64,000 bases of DNA, from assembly GCA_001724265.1 (NCBI GenBank), contig MEDY01000147.1:1-64000 (forward strand). Reading direction: 5' to 3'. Shown here piece by piece: positions 1-12,488 of the stretch; within the stretch, counting starts at the first letter, position 1; each line of letters starts with the position of its first letter. The notes under the pieces were generated by a model. The model had not been told where the DNA came from. It searched no databases and saw nothing but the letters and a program-made list of their open reading frames with translations. The position numbers and the translations under genes were made by a program. The DNA is from Rhizaria sp. SCN 62-66 (lineage: Eukaryota).

Positions 1-284
1 GAGTCTTGAGGGTGGTCTTGTAGCCGAGGGTGTACTTGCCGGACTTGGAGACGAGGGCAATCTTGGAGTTGATGTTATCAGAGCTCTTCTTCTGGGTCTA
101 AAGGCGGAAAACAAGACCAATAAGAGGAGCGCAGAAGCGAAAAAAAAGCGGTCAGACAATGTGTGGTGTTTGCAGTGGCCCCGAGGGCGCACGAAGGAGG
201 GTCCGTAGGGGTATAGATGGTGTCAGTGAGGGCTGTAAAATAACTGCATGAAAGAGCAGGGAGGCGTACCTTCTTGGTGGACAT
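1..284 (-). CDS. RPL30: 60S ribosomal protein L30 (5' part; runs off the window). Exons 284-270 and 97-1, intron 269-98
   Basis: Spliced translation MSTKK|[32 protein letters not shown] matches the eL30 N-terminus ([24 protein letters not shown]-type motif). Phase-0 intron GTACGC...TTTAG. Confidence 0.93.
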
Positions 285-566
285 TTTCTGTAATCTCAAG
301 GATAAATCCTATCTTGCAGATCAATCCAAAGTTGGCGGCCTAGGCCTGTCCTGAGTCTGCGGAACAGTACTGGGAGGGCCGAAGTTAAGCCGCCCACCAC
401 AAACCACTTTTGGGTCATGAAAACTCTCGTTTTGACTTGAAACGCAGGCTATATCAATGCCACATCAGTCAAAGTATGTTTATGTCAGATTATGCAATAG
501 TCAAATATCTATATCTTGGAGTTCTATGACAAAACATAAATCTATGTCGCTATATCTTTGTTCTAA

Positions 567-3500
567 TCACAAGTGCAGCTTGGGGAGGATGACTTTGTTC
601 ATCACAAACAGAGGCTCTGCTTCGTAGAGTGTTTGAATTTCAATCTTACGACCAACGAGCAACATCCCCTTAAGTTCTTCAACGAGCTCAAACGCAAACA
701 GGTCTGCCTCTACTTCAGCAGCCATGGTGTCAGAGTCCGTGGCTGTGTTCAAGTCATCATCATCTTCATTGTCCTCGTTGTCAGTGTTATCAGAGCTGTC
801 TTCGTCGTCGGCGTTGTCACTGCCGTTAAGGCTATTGTTATCGTCATCATTATCGTTCATGTTGTGCTTAGTTGTAGCTTTGCTGTTACCCTTCTTCGTG
901 GGCTTGTGCGCAACTTCAACGCGCTCTTCGGCGCGATTAGTGCGAGTGCTTTGAGCAGCACCACGAGGGACATTCTTGGAGGTAGCATTTTTAATAAGCT
1001 TGATTAGCCTCGCGTTTTGACTTTGTTTTCCAAGCATAAGTTTCTCCCCTCTCTGAGCCCGCTTTTGATGCTTGTTGATAAGTCCCAGCGCGAGCGCTTT
1101 GTCCCGTGCTGTTAAAGGCTGCGCCACTGTCCCTGTCCAGAGCCGGGATGACTTGAAGTTAGGCCGCAAAGATCGTGCAACGGTGACACACGACGTGATC
1201 GACTCTAGTAGCCTGGCATTGAGCGCGCACGGTGTCTGTGACTGCGAACTTAAAAGTGTCAGCGACAATGGCTGAGAGCCGGAAGGCAGCGACTGTGATG
1301 CAGTGAGTGGACCAGCAGCATTTGCTCTCGCAGTATGCATTGACTCATTGTTTTTATGAACACCAGCATCCATAGCAATTGCTGTTAAACTTGTTGAGCT
1401 TGTTGTCGAATTTGCTGTTGTTCGCATCGCTTGCTCAGCGAGGGCGATATCATTCGCCCGCACGCCAATCCACCGCATGCGGCCACGCAGTCCCAGAGCC
1501 CACTGACCCTTGAGCTCACACTTACTCACGCTGGCGCTTAAATCACTTGCAGTTGTGTTTGAACTTACGCGAGAAGTGCTCGAAAGAGTTTTGTTGTTGT
1601 CAGAGTGAGAAATTGTACTGTTCGTGCTCTGAATGCGCTTTCTTGCTGATGTTGCTTGACTCAGCATTGTTGCAGACGCGGTTGTGACACTTGCAGCTTG
1701 TTGCATCACAGCGCTTGCAACAGCGGCGGCCCGCGTCCCAGTGCCGGCCCCTGTGAAGTACAACGCCGCGATCGCAGCGCCGTACGGGTTGTAGTCAGTC
1801 AACACGAGCGCAGGGACGCCATTAGACTGCTGCTGCAACTCAGGCAAATGACCATCAGTAGAGCGCCCTGGAACAGCACTGGTATCAATAACCACATCAG
1901 TCATAATGTTGTCTCTTTTGCTAGAGCTTGGATCACTCGCTTCAGAGCCTTTGAGTTGTGTCGCGAGCGCAACTGCAAGCGCTCGTACTGCCAAAGACGG
2001 AAATCCACAACCTGTCAGCAACACACACGACGGGTATGCACTTGCACCAGAGCCACTCGCATTTGAAGAGGAGTTGTTGGTTCCACCGGAGACGTTTTCA
2101 CCGTTATACACGGTCGACGCAAGATTTTGAAGGACTGATTCCTTCTCTAATATCAGCACAAACGACGCCGAGCAGTACGGTGGCCACGGTGGCGGTCCGT
2201 TGTGCTCTCGCCGCTCACGGTCTCGCCCACGGCAATGGTCGCTTTGACCGTGGTCACTGCGCTTGCGGTCGTCGTCGCCCTCACTGTCACTGTTACTCAG
2301 CGTGCGGCTGCGCTTGATATTGTCGCAAGTGGTGTCACTGTCGCTGCCACTGCCACTGTCGCTGTCACTCTCAACCATAGCTGTCGCTGTTGCATTACGT
2401 GTAGCACTTGCACTCGCACGTTCAGCATTGTTTGTCACAAGTTGCCATTGTTGCTACTGCTCATAAGACCATCGTAATCTTAACCATTGCTCCTGCTCCT
2501 GCTGTCCATGCTGCTGTTGCTCTGCACTATGTTGCTTCGTACGTAACAAGTGTTGATAGTGTTGCACTTTTGCGTGATACTGCTCCCATTCCCACGCTTC
2601 CCGCGCTTCTAACGCCGCGGCAACAGCAGGTCCAGGACCGAAAAACGCAGGATTCCGCAAAAAACGCTCTGACACGACAACAGGTGCAGCCGAGCAGTCG
2701 ATGTAACACCTACGACGTGGAGGCTTTGGCGGTGACAATATGGATGATGATGAGCTCTGTTGATGTGGTAACTGTAACTCTCTGAGAGGGTCACGCTCAT
2801 TGTCGTCATCGTCGTCGTCATAGCCATCATTGTCGTCGTCCTCCGCGTCATACGCAATCGTCAGTGGGCCGTAGACCGCGCCGCGCGCGCCCGCAGCGAC
2901 GCCCAGCGCGGCGCGCGGCACGCGCAGCAGCGCGGCCACATCGGCGACGGCGGCATCAGAGAGGGACTGCCGCGCGAAGACGTCCTGGCGGGAGTAAAAC
3001 AGCCCGCGCAGGGTCGTGGTGCCCGCGCCGGTGCTCGCCATGGCGGCGGCGTTTGACATCGCACTTGAAGTAGTGACGTTTGCACTGGGGGTCGAGAGGG
3101 AGCGGGCAAGGGAGCGTGCGCGCGCGCGTGCGGAGAGCGCGGCGGCGAGGCGGGCGTGCAAGTGCGACAACACGGACAGAACGCGCATGTGGCGGGTCGC
3201 GGTGATGCGGGTCAGAGGGCTGGGTCGACAGAAGGACGCCGCAGCTGCGTCAGCGGACAAAGGATCGACTGAAGAGGCTGCATCATCTGACGGCTACAAC
3301 AAGAACAAAGAGAAAGCAAGGATCCAAAACAAGATCAATGAGATATGTGTTAAGGAGTCAGAACATATCAAAGTGGGTGAGTGAATAAAGTAAAACATTC
3401 GTTGTGAAGTGACGTACAAGTGATAGAGTTGGCCGTTTCCCTGCCATTAGCGCAGTCACATATGCGAGGATAACATCTTCCATGAGACGCAGGACTAACG

Positions 3501-3591
3501 TGCTTGGCTCAGAAGCGCCACTCAAACCCGCAACCTCAGCCGCTCCTGATAAACCTTGCGGTGTGGCGCCCCCACCAAAGATGGACGACAT
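567..3591 (-). CDS. SPO11: Meiotic topoisomerase-like SPO11 (SPO11-2-like), ~966 aa with low-complexity inserts. Exons 3591-3418 and 3293-567, one in-frame TAG at 2456-2454
   Basis: Winged-helix motif TTLRGLFY (catalytic Tyr codon 2996-2994) followed by FARQS..DVAALLRVPRAALGV..GAVYGPL. TOPRIM motifs VLILEKES, LLTGCGFPS, LTDYNPYG, RWIGVR, QPLTARD, ELKGML..KIEIQTL. ORFs 2454..3260 and 567..2438 are in the same frame, separated by one TAG. Intron GTACGT...TGTAG at 3417-3294. Ends in TGA. Confidence 0.88.
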
Positions 3592-4049
3592 AACTTAGAC
3601 GAGTTCGCGCGCGATAAGAAGTGAACACCTCAGAGCACCGTGCTGCAACTTGAAGCAAAGAGTCGCTGTGAAGAAAATAGGAAACCTTGAAGGATGTCAA
3701 CAGCTGAGTCTAGAGCTCAAAGATATAACACAGTTTAAATTAATGACCACACTTTGCGGTTCAGATGAAACAAAGTTCACTCTCTGAGCAAAGGTATGCT
3801 TCAAGTTATGTACATTGCGACAGCAACAAATCATTACGCACAGTCGGACAACGAAAAAGAAAATATGGAGCGAATTGGGAGTAAATTCAAACTAAATAGT
3901 ATATTATTCACAAATCGAAAACAAAACTAACTAAACGCTCCCATAAAGTAGACTGGGAGCAGGGTCTGATCGATACACACCAGATGCTCACGGCCACAAT
4001 CTCACTGCATTCTGTGCGTGTCGCATCTCGCATATGAGACTATCACTCA

Positions 4050-5782
4050 TCACGCGTGCGCCAGCGCGGCCGGGAGCGGGACGACAAACTTGGCGTTGAC
4101 GAGCCTGACCACGTCCCCGTCGTCCTCGAAGACGACCTCGTACACGTCGTCGCCACGCTTCTTCGCGGACCGCTTGACCACGCAGGGGTAGAAGGACGAG
4201 ATGTTGTCCACGGGGTACAGCGCCAGCACGCGCCGGCCCGCGGGCAGCTCCACGCGCGCACTCGCGGGGAACTCGCGCAGCGACGGCAGCGGGATCAGCC
4301 GGTCCGCAGTCAAAGCAATCTTCTTCTGCCCGGCGCCGCCGCCGCCGGGTTGCGCGTACTCCTGCTCCGCGTCCTGCACCTCGTAGATTTGAGCCCTACA
4401 GGAACAAATACACAGTATACAAAACAAGATAAAAAGACATAGTGAGTGTAAAATATACAATCGGAGTAAATAAATATAAGTTGCCTTGTTCGAATCAACA
4501 AGATGTCGCAATGACGTGTACCTTGGCGGGACACGGGGCCTGAGCGCGCGAATGCGGCCGAGAATGTACGTCCCGGTGTCAGTGTCTGTAAGCGCTGCGA
4601 CCTCGAGTCCCACGGGCAGCACCGCCGCCGCGCTCTGCTGCGCGCTGCCGCTGCCACTCGCACTGGAGTTGCCGCCGCCGCTGTTGCCGCTGCCGTTGCC
4701 AGCGGCGGCGGCGGGGTCCGGCGAAAGCAGCGTGTCCCAGAGCGCGCCGCGGCGCAGCGCGGAGAGAGAGAGCAGGTGTTTGAACGAGGGCAGGTTCGGC
4801 GGCTCGGGCCGCGAGAGTGACCCGTCAGGAAACTGAAAGAGGTACACCACACCATCGAGCACGTTGCTACCGGCGGCAGCAACGGAGGCGGCGGGGTTTC
4901 TCCCCCCGATCGTCACCACCGTCCCAGCGATGCCGATGCTATTGCCACCGTTGCTGTTGCAGTTGCTGTAGTTGTAACTGTTATAGTGCGAGTGCGAGTG
5001 GGAGAGCGCGAGCGCGGCCGGGTCGCCGGCGGCGGCAGCGGGGCTGGGGCCCGCGGCGCTGTCGGTCATCGCTGCGCCGCTGCCCCGGTCAGGGAACGCA
5101 GAGTCAGCGCCCTGGCCGTTGCCGTTGCCGTTGGAGCTGGATGAGGAGGAGGTGGCCGACGGGTTGAAGCCGCCGCCGGCCAGACTGGAAGAGCTGAGGC
5201 TGCCGGGCGGATAGGGGAAGGGGCTGGGGCCGACGGCGGCGGCGGCGGAGAAGGAGGAGGCTGACGGCGAGGGCTGGTACGCACCGCTGCTCTGATGCGA
5301 GTTGTGATTGTGGTTGTGGGGATGCGAGAGAGAGGACGGCAGCGGGAGCCCGCCGGGGGTGCGGCGGGCGATGAGCGGGTTGATGTGATAAAGGGCGTGG
5401 TCGACGGAGCGCATGCTGTCGATGGCGAGCAGAAACGCCTGGAGAAGAGCGAGAGCAAAAACAAAACAAGCAGTGCAGTTTAATGGGCAGTAATGAAAGA
5501 CGGGATGAAGCATAAGTGTGAGAGAGGAACTTCAACAGAAACGAGATGAATCAAGATTCGTAGAGAATAAGACATAGAAGTACGAAGGATGGGCGTTATT
5601 TAAGCACCTACTTCTTGAATCTTCTGCGCCAGCGCAGCGTGCAACGCCGGGTCCGGCGGCAGGCCTTGCTGCTCCTGCGCTGCGCACGTGTCTTGCAAGT
5701 GATACAGCTCAGCATACACGTCCTGCTCTTGCAGACGGGCCTGATGAAGCCGCTTAAGACCCTTGCCAACCTCGGTGGCCAT
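4050..5782 (-). CDS. SGF29: SAGA complex tandem-Tudor subunit SGF29-like, ~477 aa. Exons 5782-5612, 5438-4522, 4395-4050
   Basis: C-terminal YEVQDAE...RVLALYPVDNISSFYPCVV...YEVVFEDD...VNAKFVV matches the SGF29 double Tudor. Two GT-AG AT-rich introns, total exon length divisible by 3. Ends in TGA. Confidence 0.82.
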
Positions 5783-6221
5783 GTCTGGGGCGCCGGAGAA
5801 GAAAGGGCCGCGGGAAGGCGGGGGTTGAGACGGGTGGGTGGCGGGAAAGGAGAGGAAGTGGTAGCGAGGTACGCCGAGGCGAGCGCGAGAGAGCTAAGAA
5901 CAACAAAATTCAGAAGTTAAAAATGAGATGATATACCAACTCTCTTATAGTAAACCCAAGTATCATTTTTGTCGCTAGTGACGGTCCTTTCAGGCTTCTG
6001 AGAAACCTTGAATGAAACTGCACTTCGACACTATCCTCTCACTGCAATCCTCGGTCACAATAATCAAAAGTAATATTCGCGTACACACATCGTTATCAAG
6101 GATATGTCACTTTGTATCACTTAGAAACAGATTAAAAAGCTATTATATTAAAAGGACACTTCAAAATACTAACAATAACTCCTCTAATTCTGTACAATTC
6201 GATTCTGACCACAGACGTATA

Positions 6222-7928
6222 ATGAGCGCCCCTGTCTCTGCCGCCGTCTCCCCCGCAACCGTTTCACTTCCGCACCTTCTGTCAGCCTGTCTTTCCGTTG
6301 CCCGCCGCGCTGGCGACATCATCCGTGGTGTCTACGCGCAGGGCAAGCACGTGAGCTCGATGGTGGACAAGCGCGCGACGCCCGACGCGGAGCTGTGGGT
6401 GGACCCGCAGACCGAGGCCGACGTGCGCGCGCAAAACATGATCATCACGTCGCTCAAGGGCGTGTTCCCCGCGCTGCGAATCATCGGCGAGGAGGAAGAC
6501 GACTCACAGTCGGCGTTCCCCGTGGACATGGACACCTTCGTGCCCGACTTGACCTCCGTTCCCGCGTCCATCATCCTCCCTGCGCACCGCAGCACTGCCG
6601 CCAAAGCCGCTGCCGCTGCTTCGGCCGACTCCGCGCTCACCGCCGCCCTGGCGCTGCCCATGGCGCTGACGGAGCTGCCGCTGGAGGGTCTTACAGTGTG
6701 GGTGGACCCGCTCGACGGCACGCGCGAGTTCACGCTCGGCCACGTCGACAACGTCACGACACTCATCGGCATCTCCTACAAGGTACCTTAAACATCCAAT
6801 TTGACAACAAAGATAGCTCTCTGTCGCTGCAATTTTGCGTTGTACTATAATTTCATACTTTCTGTATACCTCGTCTTAGATTGGGATCGATATGCGATTG
6901 TCATGTGCTTCATATCTCAAGTCATAATATTTGTGCACTTTGTTGCAATTGCTGTTGATGTTTGCATTTGCGTAGGGTGCTGCGCTGGGCGGCGTCGTTC
7001 ACGCCCCGTTCCTGAACCAGACGGTTTACGGCGCCGTTGGCATGGGCGTCGGCAGCGAGGGCGGGCTTGCAGTCAGGGACGGCCTCTGGGCCACAGCTCT
7101 CTGCTCACAGTCACCCAGTGACAACAACAACAGCGAGGCTACGCAGTCATCGAAGGGCGACGCCGAGGGCGCCAGTGAGAGCGCGGAAGTGACTCTGGCG
7201 TGCTATAAGACGATTGCTGAGGGCCAGAGAAACGCGCTTCGCTCCATCGGCATCAACCCTGACTGCCTCCTCTCTGACGAAAGCGCAATCAACACGGAGA
7301 GTGCCTCTGACAGCTCTAAGACTGTCGTTGCTCCCGTCGTGCCGTCGGTCCCGTCCAGCTCGCTCACGGTCGTGACCTCGCGCAACCACATGACGCCGAC
7401 GCTGCGCGCCGTGCTCGACAGCCTCCAGATCGGCACCGTGCTTCAGGTACTTAAAACAACAGTATAACTTGTCGTTTTCTTTGATATCTCTGTAATATTG
7501 AAACTCTTTGTTATAAAGTCGTAACATGCGACAATTTTCAAGAACTATTCGTATTTTATATATTTGTTTCACATTGGTCGACTAACATCTCACCGTTCTA
7601 TGTGGCAATTCATACTTTCTGTCGTCGTTTGCGCATATCCCAGGTCGGCGGCGCCGGCTCCAAGGGCCTGCGTCTGCTGACCGGCGCGGCGCACGCCTAC
7701 GTTTTTCCGCAGGGCGGCACGAAGCGCTGGGACACGTGCGCCGTGCACGCGCTCGTCACGGCGCTGGGCGGCACGCTCACCGACGCCTACGGCGGCGCGC
7801 TGCGCTACGACTGCGACCGCGCCGGGGCGGGCAACCAGCGGGGTGTGCTGGCCACGCTCGGCTGCACGCACGGAGACTTGGTGCTCAGCGAGGAGACGCA
7901 GATCTACCGCGGGGAGGGCAAGCTCTAA
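6222..7928 (+). CDS. BPNT1: 3'(2'),5'-bisphosphate nucleotidase (inositol monophosphatase family), ~438 aa. Exons 6222-6782, 6976-7446, 7644-7928
   Basis: Motifs DPQTEAD, IIGEE, WVDPLDGT, GGVVHAPF, VVTSRNH, GGAGSK, KRWDTCA. Two phase-0 GTAC..AG introns. Ends in TAA. Confidence 0.88.
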
Positions 7929-8311
7929 GGGCAAGATATCCGTGTAGATTGACTGCGATCTTCTAAGTCTTTCCGCGTGCGATTCAGCGCACGAGTGAAG
8001 GATTATTGTTGTGCGTTTCTGAAGCGAAATACTTGCGTAGCATGAAATTTTGTTTTAGGTTTGTTATTTTTTCTTTTAGTTTGCTTTGTGACCGATGTTT
8101 GATAGCCTCCAGAGTGTTTTGAACACCTTTAGTTGATAATCAAGAACTGCACAGTGACTGATGATGCGTTCTCTCGTTTTACTTGAAAATAAACAATTTT
8201 ATACTTCTAATCTCAAAAGAAATCTATGTATTAAACAGTTTTAAAGATATATAATCATTTGATGTGTGAATATGCGTTGGGCTGCGACTGAAATCGTGTG
8301 ATCGACAGCAG

Positions 8312-11300
8312 TTAGTTGGCGCTCGTCGCATTTGCGTTTGTGTGGTTGTCAGTGACCGTGGGCACGAGTACCCCGTCTTCTTCCTCCTCTTCCCCTTCCT
8401 CAGCAACTGTGAGCAACTCCCCAGTAACGATAGTGGGCGCGACGCCGCTAGGGACTGTCAGCGCAGCGCTGTTGACGACTGTAGGCACAGAGCCGTCCGT
8501 GACGGCGCTCGTTACACCGCTGTTTGAAGCATTGTTATTGTTGCCGTTGTCGCTGATATCGTTACTTTTCGCTGAAGTTAGAGGGGAGACGCAGTCCGTC
8601 AGCATGATGTCATTGATAGCTGCAAGCATATCATCACTGTCGATATCAACATCAATCCCAGCACTCAGAGCGCCCATAGCGCCATTAACAGGATCGGCAC
8701 TTGCGATCGCATTCGAGGTAAGACTTGAGCTCGCAGCACTACTGGTGCCAGCAGCAGCACCAGCACTGCTGTTGTAGCTCGGAGTAGCCGCCGCAACGCC
8801 CACACCGCTCGCTGTGTTGTTCCAGTCGCTCGCACTAGTTCGAGTACTTAAAGCGGCAATCAGCGCGTTCTGGTCCATCTCGAGCGCCGCCGCCGCCGCG
8901 TCCCGCCGCCGCTGCTCGCTCCTGCGGTACTCCTCGACCTCCTCGCGCGCCTCCCGCGCCAGTTGCGTCAGCACCGCGCGCAGACGGCGGTCTTCGAACG
9001 CGCTGTCATCGTCGTCGTCATCGTCGTCGTCGCCGCCGTAGATGACACGGCTCTTGTCGGCGTTGACTGCGCTCTTGCTGTAGGCGCTACCGACGGTGTT
9101 GATGTTCTGGCGAGAGTGGGTGTAGGTGCCACGAACGGCAGCGGCGGCGGCGGCCGCGGCGCCAGTGCAAGTCGAGTCGGACTGGTGACGCGGGGGGTGG
9201 AGATACTTAGACTGGTCTAAGGGTCCCTGTCCGCGGTGGGGACAGCAGCAACAGCAGCGGCAGTGGCAGTGACAGTGCGAGAGACTGTGGCTGTCAGCGC
9301 AGCAAGAACAAGGTTTGGCACTGCTCATATCGCAGTGAGCGTGATCGCGATCGTGACTGTGAGCGCTTTCAGAGTGACTGTGCGCAGGCGCAGGTGCAGA
9401 TGCAGGTGCATGGTGGCCCTGATCACTCGCAGGGTGACTATGAGCAGCAGGGTGACCGTGAGCAGGAGCGGGGCGATGACCGTGGGGCGTGCTGCCGCCA
9501 GATTCACAGTCGTCAGCCTCGATCCCCAGCCTCTGCGCGGCCACGTTGCGACTGTGAGCAGTGGAGCGGGGGTGACCGTGAGCAGCAGAAACCGCGGCAG
9601 TGTTCAAAAAGCGAGCCAAAGTGACTGTGGGTAAAGCCAGCTCGCTTGCACCTACACCGGCGCCGGCGCTGTCCGTGATGTCAGTGAGACCAGTGAGATC
9701 ATTACTGCCAACGCTAGCGCCGCTGCGGGCGCTGAGGCCAGGTGCGAGTGCGTCAGCCGCCTCGCTATATGCGCTGTTGAAGCCGCCCACGCTATGACCG
9801 TGAACGGAGTGACCGCGAGCAGAGTGACCGTGAACGGAGTGACCGTGAGCACTAGGACCGCGATTGTAGCCGCCGGTGCTGTGAGCAGCGGAGATATAAC
9901 TGTGAGCGGAGGGATCGAAGAACTGAGGACGCGGGGTGATGAGGTCGTCAAAGTCCTCCCTGGGACTGCTGAGGTCGGCAGGAGAAGTACTACTGAGATC
10001 ACCCGACACGCTACTGACATCGCCACTGATATGAGCAGGACTGATGGTACACTCGTCTTCTTCCTCTTGACCGTCTTTGTCTTTGTGGTCATTGTTCTTA
10101 CTGTTGCTGTTATCATCATTCGCAGCGTCCTGTTGCTGCTTCTGCTGCTTCTCCGGATCGTGCGCTAACAAGCGTTGCAACAAAACATCCTGCGTCTCGT
10201 TTGCTTCCCCATGCCCCAACTCATACTCAATGTCGCCAATTTCGCCGAAGGGCTTCGGGGGGTACCGCGGCGTCGGCTCAGTCGCCAAGTAGGCGCGCTC
10301 GGCGGCTTGCCTTTGCACAAAGTCCTCGATGCTCATGTACGCGCTGTCGTTGAGAGTGCCATGATAAGCAACAGCGGAGGAGAGCTCAGCGTGAGGCAAG
10401 CTCGTGTTCAGAATACTACTGCTACTGCTACTGCCACTGTTGCTGTGAAGTTGATCGAGTGCGTTAGAGCGCCGCGAGTTGAGCCGTTGCAGCAGCTTTT
10501 GCCTCGCAGACAGAGGCGGCGACGACCTTGACGCTACCTGTGACTCTGACTGCAACTGCGGCAGCGGCTGCGGCAAGGAAAACATTGGCAGCGGCTGCGG
10601 CGGCGGCTGCGGCAGCGGCTGTAAGTGAGGCTCAGCCAAGACCCGCAACGCAGCTGCTGTAGCTGGCGCAAGCTTTTCTAGCACAGCGAAAGTCAAGCCG
10701 CTGGTGGTGCCTGCGTCTCTCGAAGTTAGACCGCCCTGGCGCGGGGAAGCAAATGCGCTGCCACGAGCCGACTTCTGCTCAAGACCCAAGTCACGGTCGC
10801 TGTGGCTATGGCCATTGGCAGCATGGTACTGTTGCTGATACTGTTGTTTGTGCTGTTTTTGGACAGGAACAGGCGGTTTGCGCAGTGACACACCTTCGAC
10901 AGCAACGCCAACGCCGCCGCCATCAGCGTTCTCATGCTCATGCTGACTGCGTCTCGCGTTATTGCCGTCATTGTCGTCGTTTTGACTCTGACCGTGGGTG
11001 ACCGTGGGCACAAACGCGACGCGGTTCTCCCAGCGGGCCCTGCCGCCGACGCTGCCGCCGCCGGCGCCCGCACTGCGGTTATGACTGTGGCTTCGGCTGC
11101 GGCTGCGGCTGAGATCATGCGACTGCAACTGCGGCTGTAGGAGTGAGTGCGTGTTGTTGCTATTCTTGGTTTTTGTGGCGCTGTGAGTGTTGGTCGTGCT
11201 CACATTCTTGTAGGTGGCGCCAAACCCGTCCGCGTAAGTGCCCGCCGCGCCAGTGTAAGGGTTGCTGCCGTGGACGCTGACGCCGGCGTAGACTGGAGGC

Positions 11301-11526
11301 GACCGCGGCCGACTGTTGCTCCAAGCGACGACGACGTTGCCGGTGTGGCTGCGGGTGCGGCCCCGTTGCGGCTGCTGCTGCTGCTGCTTCTGCTGCTGTT
11401 GCTGTTGCTGGCGCTGGCCCATGTAGTCGCGGGCACTCGGGTTGGGAGCAGCGGTAACGGTTGCCGTCGCAGTGTGCCGCCGGGGCAATCCGGGCTGGCG
11501 AGCGCTCGAAGCATTGACAGACAGCA

Positions 11527-11575
<49 letters not shown>

Positions 11576-11887
11576 TGATGACGGTTGCAGCTGTGAGCGC
11601 GATTGTGACTGCGTGTACGCGTTCGACAGAGGCAGGACGGGACCGTGAGTCGCACTAATACCGGGAGCAGCAAAGTTGCCACCGCTACCCACAGCCTTAT
11701 GCGCCTGCGTTGACACTTGGTGCTGCTGCTAGTGGAGCCACCACATCTGCTGCTTCAACTGTTCCGTGGTGGCGGCGCGCTCCGCGGCGGGCTGCACGGT
11801 CGGGGACCGGAACCGAGAGATGAACGAGGCAATCACGCCCGTGGCAGCAGGTTCGGATGGAGCGCGCGAGGGCGAGGGCGTCGCCAT
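8312..11887 (-). CDS. Uncharacterised low-complexity (Ser/Gln/His/Ala-rich) protein, ~1191 aa if the in-frame TAG at 11731-11729 is read through
   Basis: ATG at 11887 in GCCATGG context with GC-rich coding-like codons. The frame continues across one TAG into the 1134-codon ORF 8312..11716. No recognisable domain. Ends in TAA. Confidence 0.7.
11527..11582. repeat. (GAC)n/(TCG)n trinucleotide microsatellite encoding a poly-Ser tract on the minus strand
   Basis: Run of about 15 GAC units visible directly, followed by GAT units. Confidence 0.95.
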
Positions 11888-12488
11888 GGCGGGGTATGCG
11901 CGGGCAGGCGAGCTGGGAAGGAGGAAAGCGAGACTGGCTGGAGGAGGTGAACATCGTTGGAGAAGGAGCAAACCGGGAAGTAAGTTAGATGTTAGTCGTT
12001 GCAAACAATTTTTAAGTATTATAAATAAATGTTTCATAAAACACAGGACATTGGAATTCATAACGATTATCGGAGGAACCATCGTTCTTGGTCTTGTCAA
12101 AGTTGGCGTCGATTCGAGAGAGCTGTTGGAGGCTACCGTCGGCTGTCCGCCCAGTGTCAGACACCGTGACTTTCGGCCCACTTTCGACAAGCACAGCGTT
12201 TCTGCCAGATCGTCAATAGTCCTATCAATACGATGTCACCACTTTAAACTCTCTTATTTATTTGCCCGCTGATTATTCTCTCTTAAGATCGAACGCTGAC
12301 CTCTCTCCTGCCTGTTTTGCGTACCATACTTTTCGTTGTCTTCGCCCGCCTTGCCTCACTTCCCGCTAGTGTTGCTCAGACTACCTGACAACATTATTCT
12401 TCATACACCAAAACACTGCGCGGTTTAAGCTGAATTTTTCTTCCACAAGAACGCGTTTTTATTGCTTCAGTAGGCGTTTGTGGCCCGC

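Noticed and set aside
98-269. Possible intronic snoRNA in the RPL30 intron
   Set aside because: No convincing C box/D box pair with terminal stem, or H/ACA layout, seen by eye.
12471-12473. A fourth TAG in frame just upstream of the giant ORF
   Set aside because: It follows a pyrimidine-rich ..TTCAG and precedes the first ATG (12489). It is more likely part of a CAGTAG tandem acceptor of a 5' UTR intron (possible GTACCA donor at 12321) than a recoded codon, so it is not counted.
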